This document shows, piece after piece, positions 1 through 9,728 of a DNA stretch of 64,000 bases. The notes below the pieces were generated by a model. The model was not told the DNA's origin and ran no database searches. It saw nothing but the letters and a program-made list of their open reading frames with translations. The position numbers and the translations under genes were made by a program. Position 1 is the stretch's first letter. Each line of letters begins with the position of its first letter. This DNA comes from Candidatus Latescibacterota bacterium (lineage in GTDB: Bacteria > Latescibacterota > CBDEFO01): assembly GCA_965237525.1 (NCBI GenBank), contig CBDEFO010000003.1, positions 32,001 to 96,000 of the forward strand, in the 5' to 3' direction.

Positions 1-1250
1 ATCCGCTCGTACTGCCAGTGCTGCCGCCGCAGACTCTTGAGTTCCTCCACCGGCTCCTGGCCTAATGTGCCGTCGTGTCGCAGCGTGAGCATGCGGGGCA
101 AAGAGTAGATGTTACTCCACCACTCGATGGGCGTTTTGTTCTCCGGATCCTCCTTGGAGGGCCACTCATTCTCCTGTCCTAGGTCTGCCGCTTCGTCTCT
201 GGCGCGGCACCACGGGCTGTTACCCTCCCAGACCAACCCGAAGATGATGTGCCTATTCTTGTCATCCTCGAAGCTCATCGCACAGCCGAAGTAGCCGCCG
301 GGGTCGAGAACAAGCGGGCCCGAATCGGGGATAAAACGATGATCCGAAAAGCGGCCGACCCATCCCAACTCCCTCGTCATATCGAAAGCCGGGTTTATTC
401 TTGCCTTCTCCGGCTGGTAGGCGGTGATCACCAACACGTGTTTATCGCCTAACTTAAACATGTGCGACATGTCCCACTGTTCGCCGGAGACGGCGGGTGA
501 TTTGCCTTTCAGCAGAGGGTTGAGGTATCTCCAGTTCACCAGATCGTCGGATTGGAAGAGATAGGTAGTGCCGACGTTCTGCCCGGCGTCGTTCTGCGCA
601 TCGCCGGCCAGCCCACCGATCAGCGCGTACCAGGTCTGATCGTCCTCGTCCCACCAGGCGAACACATCCAGGTTAAGACGCTCTCCATCGGCGCCCCTTG
701 CCGGGATCACGGGGTTATCAGGGTGGCGCTTCCAGGTGACCATGCCGTCGTGACTTGTGGCTATACTCTTGCCGCCGATTCTGGGCGAAGTGTATATGAT
801 GGTGGGCACGCCGTTATTGATCACTGTCGAGCCGGTATAGATCCCAGCGTTGTCATAGCCATGAGGGCCGTTCTCATCCTGCGGCGCCAGTGCTATGGGA
901 AGGTCGCGCCAGTGAACCAGGTCCTCGCTGACGGCGTGCCCCCAGCATTGGCTCAGACCCGAGGGCTTCGCACCGTGGGGTGTGATAAGATAGAACAAGT
1001 GGTATCGGCCGTCGAACTGAATCGGTCCCTCCACGTCCCACCCGAAGCCGGTCGGTGGCAGGAAGTGGTACCCGGGTCGGTGCGGATCACCCGCCAGCTT
1101 TTCCCGAACCGGGTGAATGCATTCGGGGAAGACGGACAGGAAATTCGGCCCGACGTAGTCTTGCTTATCAGCGTTGAGCCAACCGGCCAAGTGCGGAAAG
1201 AGCTCTGAGTCCTTGGCTGTCTGTAGTGAGCGGTTGCTGGGTATCTTCAT
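1..1250 (-). CDS. Glycoside hydrolase family 32-like five-bladed beta-propeller protein (runs off window start; atypical catalytic motifs)
   Basis: Not in the ORF track because it has no stop inside the window. Hand translation from ATG 1250 (AGGA RBS) gives DPHRPGYHFLPP, YHLFY, WGHAVSEDLVHWRDLPIALAP, GIYTGS, NPVI, SLPRMLTL..DGTLGQEPVEELKSLR, all GH32 hallmarks. Confidence 0.8.
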   Translation of the reverse strand, partial: MKIPSNRSLQTAKDSELFPHLAGWLNADKQDYVGPNFLSVFPECIHPVREKLAGDPHRPGYHFLPPTGFGWDVEGPIQFDGRYHLFYLITPHGAKPSGLSQCWGHAVSEDLVHWRDLPIALAPQDENGPHGYDNAGIYTGSTVINNGVPTIIYTSPRIGGKSIATSHDGMVTWKRHPDNPVIPARGADGERLNLDVFAWWDEDDQTWYALIGGLAGDAQNDAGQNVGTTYLFQSDDLVNWRYLNPLLKGKSPAVSGEQWDMSHMFKLGDKHVLVITAYQPEKARINPAFDMTRELGWVGRFSDHRFIPDSGPLVLDPGGYFGCAMSFEDDKNRHIIFGLVWEGNSPWCRARDEAADLGQENEWPSKEDPENKTPIEWWSNIYSLPRMLTLRHDGTLGQEPVEELKSLRRQHWQYER

Positions 1251-1497
1251 TTTGAGTCCTTTCAGAAATATGCGAGTTCTAAAGAAATCTCCATTGAGGT
1301 GCTCTAATGCAAATGACCAGGTGAAAATACAGCGGAGCATTCCTTAAGAAGCTCTCGGTGAAAGAAACGCCATAATCTAGCGGGCTTCTGCAGCGAAAAA
1401 TTCATTATCCCCTTGGTTCTCTTAACCTGAGGGTGACATGCACGCAGGTTCTTGCGATCAGCGGTATCTCCGATGATGCAGTCGCCGACATCCTGAA

Positions 1498-1704
1498 CTA
1501 AGACGTTGTGCGCATTCGAATCCTAGGACCGTCGGCGATATGTCGGTCAGAATCCAACCTCTTCGAACAGGTGCGCCAGCGGACCAGCGCAATGTCCCAT
1601 CCACGGCTGCTTGAACCCTGGTTGCGATAGCCGGTTCCGAAGACCATCAGAATCGATCCATCCGCTAATAAGACGGAGGATGTTGACTGTGGGTTGGGCA
1701 GCAT
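1498..1704 (-). pseudogene. C-terminal fragment of a BNR/sialidase-fold gene (paralogue of 13792..15108)
   Basis: SSVLLADGSILMVFGTGYR..DIALVRWR matches SSSLLPDGSIITVFGTGYR..DLGLVQWR at the end of the 13792 protein; no N-terminal part present. Confidence 0.75.
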
Positions 1705-1929
1705 TTAGAACTTGTTCGATTCCCCTTTCAGAGTGTCACAGGCCATCATCGGTATCCAGACTTTCGGTCAATTCATCCTGCCCATAAGCTCAGCTACTCC
1801 GCCCTCAGCAATCGGGTGATAGGGCAATCGGACTTAAACCCATCCAATTTCGGACGGCCATTTAGCTTTTCATAGCACTTTAGTACTGCAAGATGTTGCA
1901 TTGCATCTGGGAGGTAGTAAATCTTCCGG

Positions 1930-3858
1930 CTACCAGTTCAGTTCCTCGGATGCAGCGAATCGCTGAACCTTGCGCCAGTGGGTCTGGCCAGTGCGGTAGT
2001 GGTCCCGCTGATAAAAAGGCCCCCTTGACCCTGGGGGATCCATGTTGACGACATCTGCCCCGCGGATCACGCCGTGGTAGAGTTGCTTTTCGATCTCCAG
2101 GTGTTTGCTTGTCTCAGCTATGGGGAAGCTAACCGTTACCATATCACCCGGGCGGACCTGACCTGCCTGGAGGTAGCGTCCCAAGGAGCTTACAGCGCGC
2201 TCGGTGCCATTGACCATACAGCGCACCTGTTTCAGATCTGTCCACCTGGGAATCCGGATTTGTAGATCCAGGGTCTCTTTGACTCGAATATCCACTCGGC
2301 CCTGATAAGGAATATGGCTGTCAACATCAGCCCAGCGGGAGGCTCGGTTCATCAGCAGATTCACCCGCAAGTTGCCGCTCTCATAGTGTAGGATGTGCTC
2401 CCAGATGTAGCAGATGGCGCGGGCGCCGTTTGCTGTGCAACAGTGCATAATCCCCGTGCGACTGGAGGGCCCCTCTCCCATCCAGGCGTTCGGCATCGCC
2501 CACCCGGAAAAGGAACCTCGGTTGCGCTCAATCACGTCCTCATTGCTGGTTATCTCGTCGATGGGCCGATCACTGGACGAACAAGACTCCGATAGCTCGT
2601 GCACCCACCGGGTGTCCATCAGTTGATTCTCGGCAAATTGGTTGCGGATCCACCGGTCCACGTCGTCCCAGTAATCGCCCAAGGCGGATGCTGACAGCTT
2701 CAGCCCGATACCAATCATGTCGGCGACTTCACAGCTCTCGGCTTGTTCGTGGCAGGTTGCGAAAAGGTTTTCCGGGAAATATCCCAGATGCCATTCCGAC
2801 ACATATTGGGCTGATGAGAGCTGCGTTGAAGGTTTTATCAGGGTTCGTTCACCCTGTCCCCGGGCCCACTCGAAGCTCTTCTTAATGAATTCCTGGAGTG
2901 TCTGGTCATTGGCAGGAAGGGCGTATTCCAGCATATTCAACAGACAGAGCGTATGAGCGTGAAAATGGCTTTCGCCGCCGCCGCCCATATCCGCAAAAGA
3001 TTGCCCTTCATTCATCTTGGGCGGATCGTTGGGCAGAAACTTGCCCTCTGCATCGAAAAGGTGCGCGTGATCTTTCAGGTAATAGCAAATCTTTCGCGCC
3101 AGTTCACCAGCGGGTTCATATCCACTCACACGGTAGCACTGCCCAACACCTTGCAGGCAGAATCCTATACCTTCTGATGCTGCGGATCCTCCGGGTGGGA
3201 CAGGGCTTTGCTCGTCCCAGTTACCGCCGTAAGGGAATAAACGGTACGGGATGTAGGCATAGTCTCCTTCATCAACAGCCAGCAGTTTTAGCCCGTCAAT
3301 TTGTCGGCGCATATACTCCAGCCACAGATCGTTCGGCCGCAGCAGATGCTGCAGGACGAACGGAGGAAGGAAGCTGACGGAGCCTGTGGTGAAATGCTCA
3401 GTTTTCGGATCCTCCAGCAACGCAGAGAATCTCCAAATATCAAACGGGTACCGAGGAAAGTAGTTGAGACCGTCGGCGCCAATCTGCTTGAAAGCCGCCT
3501 CCAGCCAGGACCTGTCGATCTCCATATTGCTATCGTCGCCCGTGATGAGACGGATCAGCGGCAAGGCCTGCAAATATTTCTGCTGGCACATGTCGTCCAG
3601 CCCGTGCCACATGACCGCCGGATTACAGGCAAATTCGACCCGGAAATACATCTGATAGTCCCAGTCCCGATCCACGGCCCGCGTCATCACGTTCTGCACC
3701 GCAAGGGCCCGCTCGTGAATATCGTAGGTGTCCGGAACGGTAGCTTCGTATCGCTCTCCCTGGTACTTGGGCAGGTCAAACTCGGGTGCGCTGTCGTTCA
3801 GATAGACAAGCGGGCGCCTACCAGTTTCGGTGGTCCTTTCGTCAGACTTAGCTTGCAT
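1930..3858 (-). CDS. GH127/GH146-like (beta-L-arabinofuranosidase-type) cysteine glycosidase
   Basis: 642 aa; E-S-C (AESCEVADM) and C-C (MHCCTANGARA) Zn/Cys motifs; C-terminal beta-sandwich with IRIPRW. Confidence 0.65.
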   Translation of the reverse strand: MQAKSDERTTETGRRPLVYLNDSAPEFDLPKYQGERYEATVPDTYDIHERALAVQNVMTRAVDRDWDYQMYFRVEFACNPAVMWHGLDDMCQQKYLQALPLIRLITGDDSNMEIDRSWLEAAFKQIGADGLNYFPRYPFDIWRFSALLEDPKTEHFTTGSVSFLPPFVLQHLLRPNDLWLEYMRRQIDGLKLLAVDEGDYAYIPYRLFPYGGNWDEQSPVPPGGSAASEGIGFCLQGVGQCYRVSGYEPAGELARKICYYLKDHAHLFDAEGKFLPNDPPKMNEGQSFADMGGGGESHFHAHTLCLLNMLEYALPANDQTLQEFIKKSFEWARGQGERTLIKPSTQLSSAQYVSEWHLGYFPENLFATCHEQAESCEVADMIGIGLKLSASALGDYWDDVDRWIRNQFAENQLMDTRWVHELSESCSSSDRPIDEITSNEDVIERNRGSFSGWAMPNAWMGEGPSSRTGIMHCCTANGARAICYIWEHILHYESGNLRVNLLMNRASRWADVDSHIPYQGRVDIRVKETLDLQIRIPRWTDLKQVRCMVNGTERAVSSLGRYLQAGQVRPGDMVTVSFPIAETSKHLEIEKQLYHGVIRGADVVNMDPPGSRGPFYQRDHYRTGQTHWRKVQRFAASEELNW

Positions 3859-3887
3859 AGGATTTAGAGGAGTTGGTCATCAAACGA

Positions 3888-5426
3888 TTACGCGTAAAGC
3901 GTGAGTTCCTTCAATTTGTCTTCAGGAGGTGCGGGAAAGAGCAGGCTCGCTAGATAGCCTGCCAGGCAACCTGTGACCGTGCAGAGTCCATCGAGCCAGA
4001 CCCAGTTGATAGAAAGCGCATCGGGGTCTATCCACGGTTTCATAAGTCCTGGAAATCCGCTGAAACTCAATGCCAGCAAGACTGCTGCAAATGCGCCGAT
4101 CAGCACCCCAGCTGTGTTGCAGCGCTTTGTGAAGACGCCGAGGATAAAGAAAACCCCCATCGCGGGTAGAACTAGGAGGTTGAGCTTGCCCATTCGTTCA
4201 AGTACTGTTGTATCGCTGTGGCCACTTTGCCACAGAGCAAAGAGCAGCACCAGGAGGCCCCAACCGAGCGTGACGTAGCGAGAACTGGATACATAATGCT
4301 TTTCAGAGGCACTGCGCACTAAATACCGCTTGTAAAAGTCGCTGATCGTTATGCTGCTCATCGAGTTCACCGCCGAGTCAAATGTGGACATCATCGCCGC
4401 CAACAAGCCCGCCATAATCACACCCCGCACCAGAATCGGCAGATGACCGACGACATAGCGGGCCATCACCTCGTCGGCCTGTGTGATCATCGCCTTGGCC
4501 TCCGGATTCACCTGGTAATACGCGATAAATCCCCAGGCAACGGACACAGCCAGGAGCATAAAGATCACCTCGACACCTGCGAGTCCTACGAGCGCCTTGA
4601 ACATATTTCGCTTTGTGCCTGTCGCCAATAGTCGCTGAATGCGGACTTGATTGGAACCGAACATGAACACTTCCACTATCTTTGAAAGCAAGATGGCCCA
4701 TATCGTCGCTTCCACGTGCAGGCTGAATTCAGCGGAAAAGAGTTTTGTCTTTGGATAGCCTGATTCTTCGGATATCACAGAGGAAGCGATGTTGTAGATT
4801 TCCGTTGGTTGCCAGTTAAAGTATTTAAGTAACAACAAACCTATCACGATGTAAGCAAAGACGAAAATAGTCGCCTGAGCAACATCAGTCCAGATGACCG
4901 CGCGTGAGCCACCAAGCATGGTGTAAGATGTACCCAATACAACGATTCCAAAGAGGCAATACACGACCGGCACGCCGGTCACTGCATTGAATGCCATCGA
5001 GGCAGCCACCAGACCATTGCCAACCCAGAAGATCATCTGAATCGGGAATATCGTGGCGCCAAAGGTGCGCAGCCCCGGGTGGAAACGTCGCTCCAGATAC
5101 TCATAGATAGACAACATCCGCAGTCGGTCCCAGATAGGCACCCAGAAATATGCTGCAAGGGGCAGGCTGACCATGACCAGCAAGGTAGAGCCGAAAAACC
5201 ATCGGCTGTCCTTCTGGTATATCCAGCCGCATATTCCCAGAAAACTAATCGGGCTCGTTGTGGTAGCGTATAACGACAGTGCGACCGCCCACCAGGGTAG
5301 AGAGCCGCTGGCTAGGAAGTACTCCTTCAGTGACTTTTGCCGACCGGAACACACGATCGCAAGCACAAGTACACCGATCAAATACCCCACAATAACGAAG
5401 TAGTCCCAAACAGAGAGTTGATTCAT
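3888..5426 (-). CDS. Sodium:solute symporter (SSS family, sugar/sialic-acid transporter-like)
   Basis: 512 aa polytopic; EYFLA, SIYEYLERRF, GGSRAVIWTDVAQ, AAMMSTFDSAVNS motifs. Confidence 0.9.
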   Translation of the reverse strand: MNQLSVWDYFVIVGYLIGVLVLAIVCSGRQKSLKEYFLASGSLPWWAVALSLYATTTSPISFLGICGWIYQKDSRWFFGSTLLVMVSLPLAAYFWVPIWDRLRMLSIYEYLERRFHPGLRTFGATIFPIQMIFWVGNGLVAASMAFNAVTGVPVVYCLFGIVVLGTSYTMLGGSRAVIWTDVAQATIFVFAYIVIGLLLLKYFNWQPTEIYNIASSVISEESGYPKTKLFSAEFSLHVEATIWAILLSKIVEVFMFGSNQVRIQRLLATGTKRNMFKALVGLAGVEVIFMLLAVSVAWGFIAYYQVNPEAKAMITQADEVMARYVVGHLPILVRGVIMAGLLAAMMSTFDSAVNSMSSITISDFYKRYLVRSASEKHYVSSSRYVTLGWGLLVLLFALWQSGHSDTTVLERMGKLNLLVLPAMGVFFILGVFTKRCNTAGVLIGAFAAVLLALSFSGFPGLMKPWIDPDALSINWVWLDGLCTVTGCLAGYLASLLFPAPPEDKLKELTLYA

Positions 5427-5492
5427 TGGTTATTGAAAAATCGCATAGCTAGCACTCTACGTGTTGTTCGCCATGGACAGGTCCCATTGACC

Positions 5493-5757
5493 TTACGGCG
5501 ACGGATCAAAAATGTTGCGGAGATCAGAGTCAAATGCCGCATCGCGAATTGTCCGATCGGTGTTTACGGGTTCAGGGTTCAGCCGCCAGAGCACCAGCCC
5601 GATGTCTCTCGGGGTGAAGTGGTTCTCCACTTTCGGACCGGCATGACTACGGTATCCGGTGCCGATGACGGTGATGATTGACCCGTCCGGAAGCAGCGTC
5701 CACGAGGTGGCCTGGCTGCTTGCCTTCCAGTGATGCGACTCCTTACGGTTACCTACT
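5493..5757 (-). pseudogene. C-terminal fragment of a BNR/sialidase-fold gene ending ...RNIFDPSP*
   Basis: Reads VGNRKESHHWKASSQATSWTLLPDGSIITVIGTGYRS...RDIGLVLWRLNPEPVNTDRTIRDAAFDSDLRNIFDPSP*, closely similar to 13792..14060; no start. Confidence 0.85.
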
Positions 5758-5982
5758 TCGACAACTGCATTTTGTTGCTAACGCATTTAAGCCAAGTCAC
5801 TTATGGTACTCGGAGGGCAATTACGCACTGATTCGCAAGTCACTCTCAAATAAGAGGTTACAGTTTTGGGCCTCATGCGAGGTGAAACAGTCGAACTATG
5901 TAACACTGTATTGCCTATGCACAGTGCAACTACAGGTAAAATGGAAACCTGAATGACGTCTGGCCTCATGTCATCCTACGTC

Positions 5983-7767
5983 TTAGCGCAGGATCATCGG
6001 CTGTAGCTCGATCGTCGACAGCGGCACCGTACCTTTCAACGTCCCGTACTTCATGGCTGTCGAACCGCGGATTTCGGCACTGTACCGCTTGTCTATCCTG
6101 TACGTCACCGTTTTCGGCAGCGGATCCTCCAGTGACCAGTGGAAGAAACCAGTGGGGTCGGTATGGGTGTGCCAGTTGTTAAGCACAACACAGGCCCCGG
6201 CAATCGGCTTTCCTTTTGTATCCACAACGCGATTGGAAATCTTCCGGCCGGCTCTCATGCTGAAGTCCTGCGCCTTGGCCTTTGGTCCGACCTTGATATG
6301 CCGATGCTGGGGGGCGTAACCGTTGGCTTCAACCGTCAGGACATATTCACCCAGCTTGACGGACTTAAAGCGGTAATGTCCCTCCTTGTCCGTCTTTACG
6401 GCCGGATATTCATTTGCCTTTTTGATCGGTCGGTATCCCATTACCGGTGTGCCAACTGTTCTGGGACGACGTTGCCAGGCATCCAGTACTTTGGGGTCCT
6501 CCAGCCACGAGTCAAGCGCGTAGCGGTTGGGGCCGCGCTGAACAGTCGCGCCCGCAATCGGATTACCCTCCGGATCCAGGATGCGGCCCTCGAGCGCCAC
6601 ACGTGCCGGTGAAACCTTCACACGTTCGACGGTGATCGGCCAGACCTTCGTGCCTTCCTCGTCGCTGCCGATTGCCACCAGCCCGTTTTTGCCAACCTTT
6701 ATCATGTCAAACTGCCCGGTGATGCCTGGGCCGGACTGCGTTTTCTTGTCGATGAGGCTGGGCCGCTCCGGCAGATCGGAGAAGCTGATTTTGTCCCGCC
6801 AGGTATGGCCGTTGTCGAGGCTGAACGCGACGTGAAATCCCGGCCGACCATATTCAACTGCCACCACGCCGTTGTCGAGGACCTGCAGTGTCGGCGAGAT
6901 ATTCATCAGATGCGGCTTGGTTGGCGTCGGTTTGGTCCAGGTCTTGCCCAGGTCATCCGACCAGCACACGTACAGGGGCTTGTATTCTCCGGGGAAATGT
7001 GCAAGCTGCTTCCGCATGATGGCCAGCATCTGGCCATTCGGCAATAGAACGACACTTGGTTCGCAGGCGCCGACGTAATGACCCGGCAGCTCGGGGTTGG
7101 GATCCTTTGGGCTGTAGTCGATGGTTGCGTAATACCGCCACGTCTTACCCTCGTCGGTCGAATCAACAAGGTATCCCTGGTGTACATCTTTCTCATCGCC
7201 CTTAAAACCGCCGTACATCGGCATCAAGAGGTCGCCGCTGGGAAGCTGGATGATAGGGCCCTTGGCGGCAGTCGGAGTTTTTACGTCAAGAGATGGCATA
7301 TGATTCGGCATATACATCTTGCCCATAATGGTTTCCCAACTCGTAAAATCGTCGGTGAACTTAAACGTTTTCACATCATACCACCCGGTTTTTCCTTTGG
7401 TTGGCGGCGTGTCACTCCGAAGCTTGAGCACGCCGCCATCGCGCAGCCCGACGTGCACTGCGCCTCCGCAATGCGATCCGGCGGCATCCCACTCTTTGCC
7501 CCAAGTCTTGCCGCCGTCTTTTGAAAACCGATACATCGGCCGGCCCCTGGGCGGAGTTGGATAAAAGGCGGCCACCACTCCCGTTCGCGACACGAGCACT
7601 GAAGAGGTATTCTGATAGCTCTGTGAAGTGAGCTTGGTCGTCGTACCGACGGTGATCTTGAGGATCTCGGTTTCTTCCGCTGCCGCAGGGTCCATCGCAC
7701 CGGCATCAGGAACAATGGCTGCGATGCAAAACATAACAGCTATCAAACAAGGAAAATTGCGTTTCAT
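5983..7767 (-). CDS. Secreted BNR/Asp-box (sialidase-fold) protein with C-terminal carboxypeptidase-regulatory-like domains, paralogue 1
   Basis: Signal peptide; Asp boxes SKDGGKTW, STDEGKTW, SDDLGKTW, SLDNGHTW; C-terminal GRILDPEGNPIAGATV and TDKEGHYRF...GEYVLTVEANGYAP. Confidence 0.8.
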   Translation of the reverse strand: MKRNFPCLIAVMFCIAAIVPDAGAMDPAAAEETEILKITVGTTTKLTSQSYQNTSSVLVSRTGVVAAFYPTPPRGRPMYRFSKDGGKTWGKEWDAAGSHCGGAVHVGLRDGGVLKLRSDTPPTKGKTGWYDVKTFKFTDDFTSWETIMGKMYMPNHMPSLDVKTPTAAKGPIIQLPSGDLLMPMYGGFKGDEKDVHQGYLVDSTDEGKTWRYYATIDYSPKDPNPELPGHYVGACEPSVVLLPNGQMLAIMRKQLAHFPGEYKPLYVCWSDDLGKTWTKPTPTKPHLMNISPTLQVLDNGVVAVEYGRPGFHVAFSLDNGHTWRDKISFSDLPERPSLIDKKTQSGPGITGQFDMIKVGKNGLVAIGSDEEGTKVWPITVERVKVSPARVALEGRILDPEGNPIAGATVQRGPNRYALDSWLEDPKVLDAWQRRPRTVGTPVMGYRPIKKANEYPAVKTDKEGHYRFKSVKLGEYVLTVEANGYAPQHRHIKVGPKAKAQDFSMRAGRKISNRVVDTKGKPIAGACVVLNNWHTHTDPTGFFHWSLEDPLPKTVTYRIDKRYSAEIRGSTAMKYGTLKGTVPLSTIELQPMILR

Positions 7768-7863
7768 GCCGAGTCCTTTCAGTTTTTAAAGCTCAGCCAA
7801 ACAGTGGCCCGTTCGTCCGAATGGAAACCTGAATGACGTCTCGCGGCATGGCAACAGGGCCAT

Positions 7864-9633
7864 CTACTGGTGTAGGATGAGCGGCTGACTCTCGATCTGC
7901 GAGAGCGGAACCGCATAATGCTGATCTAGAGACACACGAACTACGCGAGTTAGGCCACCTTCATGGGTTTCGTTACCGCGACCAAACCGCTTGTAAACCT
8001 TGACCGACACCTGTTTCGGTAGCGGAGCCTCCAGAGACCAGTGAAAGAAACCTTGGGCATCAGCGTGCATGTGCTCATTATTCAGCACCACACATGTACC
8101 CCCAACCGGCCTACCCTTCTCATCCACAACCTGGTTGCAAATCTTTCGGCCAGCATTCAAGCGAAACTCCTGTGGTTTGGCTTCCGGCCCGACCTTGATG
8201 TGCCGATGCTGGGGGGCGTAGCCGTCGGCTTCAACCGTCAGAACATATTCACCAAGTTTGACGGACTCGAAGCGAAAGTTTCCCTGGGCATCTGTCTGCA
8301 CCGTCGAATGGCCGTTTTCTTTGCGGATCGATCTAAATCCCAGTACCGGTGAGCCGATTGCCCTGGCTGAAGCATTCCAGTGATCCAGCCGTCTGGGGTC
8401 CTCCCGCCAAGAGTCGAGGGCGTAGCGATTTGGGCCCAGTTCCACATTCGCATCAGCAATCGGATAGCCACTGTGTGGGGCCACTAGCTGGCCAGTCAAG
8501 GCTACGTTATCCGACGACACCTTCAAACGTTCGACGGTGATTGGCCAAACCTTCGTGCCCTCGGCATCGGAACCTACTACCACCAGTTTGTTGGGACCAG
8601 CTTTTGCCATATCAAATTGGCCGGTAATAATCGGTTCCGGCAGGTCTGAAAAGCTAACCCGGTCTTGCCAGGTATGTCCGTTGTCTAAGCTGAAGGCTAC
8701 GTGAGAGCCCGGCCGACCATATTGACAGGCCACTACGCTGTTGTCCAGCACCTGCAGGGTCGGTGAGATACACATCAGATGCGGCTTAGTGGGCGTCGGC
8801 TTGGTCCAGTTCTTGCCCAAATCATTCGACCAAGAGGCATACAGGGGCTTGTATGCGCCCGGGTACTCCGTACCCTGCGTGCGCAACATGGCCAGCATCT
8901 GGCCATTGGGCAAAAGGGCGACAGTCGGCTCGCAGGAGCCGATCCACGCACCCGCCAGTTCCGGGTGGGGATCCTTGGGAGTGTAATCAATGCTGGAGTA
9001 ATACCGCCAATTCCTGCCCTGGTCTTTCGAATGGAGCAGGTATGCACGGTTGCGTTTGGGGTCATCACCCGTCAAGCCGCCCTGCGTCGGCATCAGCAGA
9101 TCCCCGTTGGGAAGCTGTATGATCGGGCCTTTGGCCGTTGACGGCGCTTTTATGTCAGTAGAGTTCATATGATCCGGCATATATATCTTGGCTATGAATT
9201 GTTTCCAATTCGTGAAATTGTCGGTGCCTAGAAAAGTTTCCGCATCATACCGGCCGGGTTTCCCTTCGACAGGAGGAGTCTCAGTGGTAAGCTTTATCAC
9301 GCCGCCTTGGCGCAGTCCGATGCTCATAGCACCGTGGAAGTTAGCCGGAGCGTTTATCTCCGGCCCCCAGGTCAGGCCGGCGTCTGTTGAAACGCGATAT
9401 TTCTTGATCCCGCGGGACGGCTTTGGATAAAAGACAGCCACGACTCCTGTTCGTGACCCGGTTACCGCTGAGGTATTCTGATAGCGCTGAGGGGTGAGCT
9501 TGGTCGGCGTACCCACGGTGATCTTGAGGATCTCGGTTTCTTCGGCTGCTGCAGGGTCCATCGCACCGGCATCGGGAACAATGGCTGTGATGCAAAACAT
9601 AACAGCTATCAGACAAGGAAAATTGCGTTTCAT
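7864..9633 (-). CDS. Secreted BNR/Asp-box protein with carboxypeptidase-regulatory-like domains, paralogue 2
   Basis: Colinear with paralogue 1; same leader MKRNFPCLIAVMFC; four Asp boxes. Confidence 0.8.
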   Translation of the reverse strand: MKRNFPCLIAVMFCITAIVPDAGAMDPAAAEETEILKITVGTPTKLTPQRYQNTSAVTGSRTGVVAVFYPKPSRGIKKYRVSTDAGLTWGPEINAPANFHGAMSIGLRQGGVIKLTTETPPVEGKPGRYDAETFLGTDNFTNWKQFIAKIYMPDHMNSTDIKAPSTAKGPIIQLPNGDLLMPTQGGLTGDDPKRNRAYLLHSKDQGRNWRYYSSIDYTPKDPHPELAGAWIGSCEPTVALLPNGQMLAMLRTQGTEYPGAYKPLYASWSNDLGKNWTKPTPTKPHLMCISPTLQVLDNSVVACQYGRPGSHVAFSLDNGHTWQDRVSFSDLPEPIITGQFDMAKAGPNKLVVVGSDAEGTKVWPITVERLKVSSDNVALTGQLVAPHSGYPIADANVELGPNRYALDSWREDPRRLDHWNASARAIGSPVLGFRSIRKENGHSTVQTDAQGNFRFESVKLGEYVLTVEADGYAPQHRHIKVGPEAKPQEFRLNAGRKICNQVVDEKGRPVGGTCVVLNNEHMHADAQGFFHWSLEAPLPKQVSVKVYKRFGRGNETHEGGLTRVVRVSLDQHYAVPLSQIESQPLILHQ

Positions 9634-9728
9634 GCCGAGTCCTCTCAGTTTTTAAAGCTCAGCCAAACAGTGGCCCGTTGGTCCGAACGGAAACCGGAAT
9701 GACGTCTTGCGGCATGGCAACCGGCCAT

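Noticed and set aside
552..1208. Plus-strand 218-aa ORF and similar long antisense ORFs (21310..22227, 22821..23513, 33284..34042, 39264..40001)
   Set aside because: Shadows of well-supported genes on the opposite strand; no motifs.
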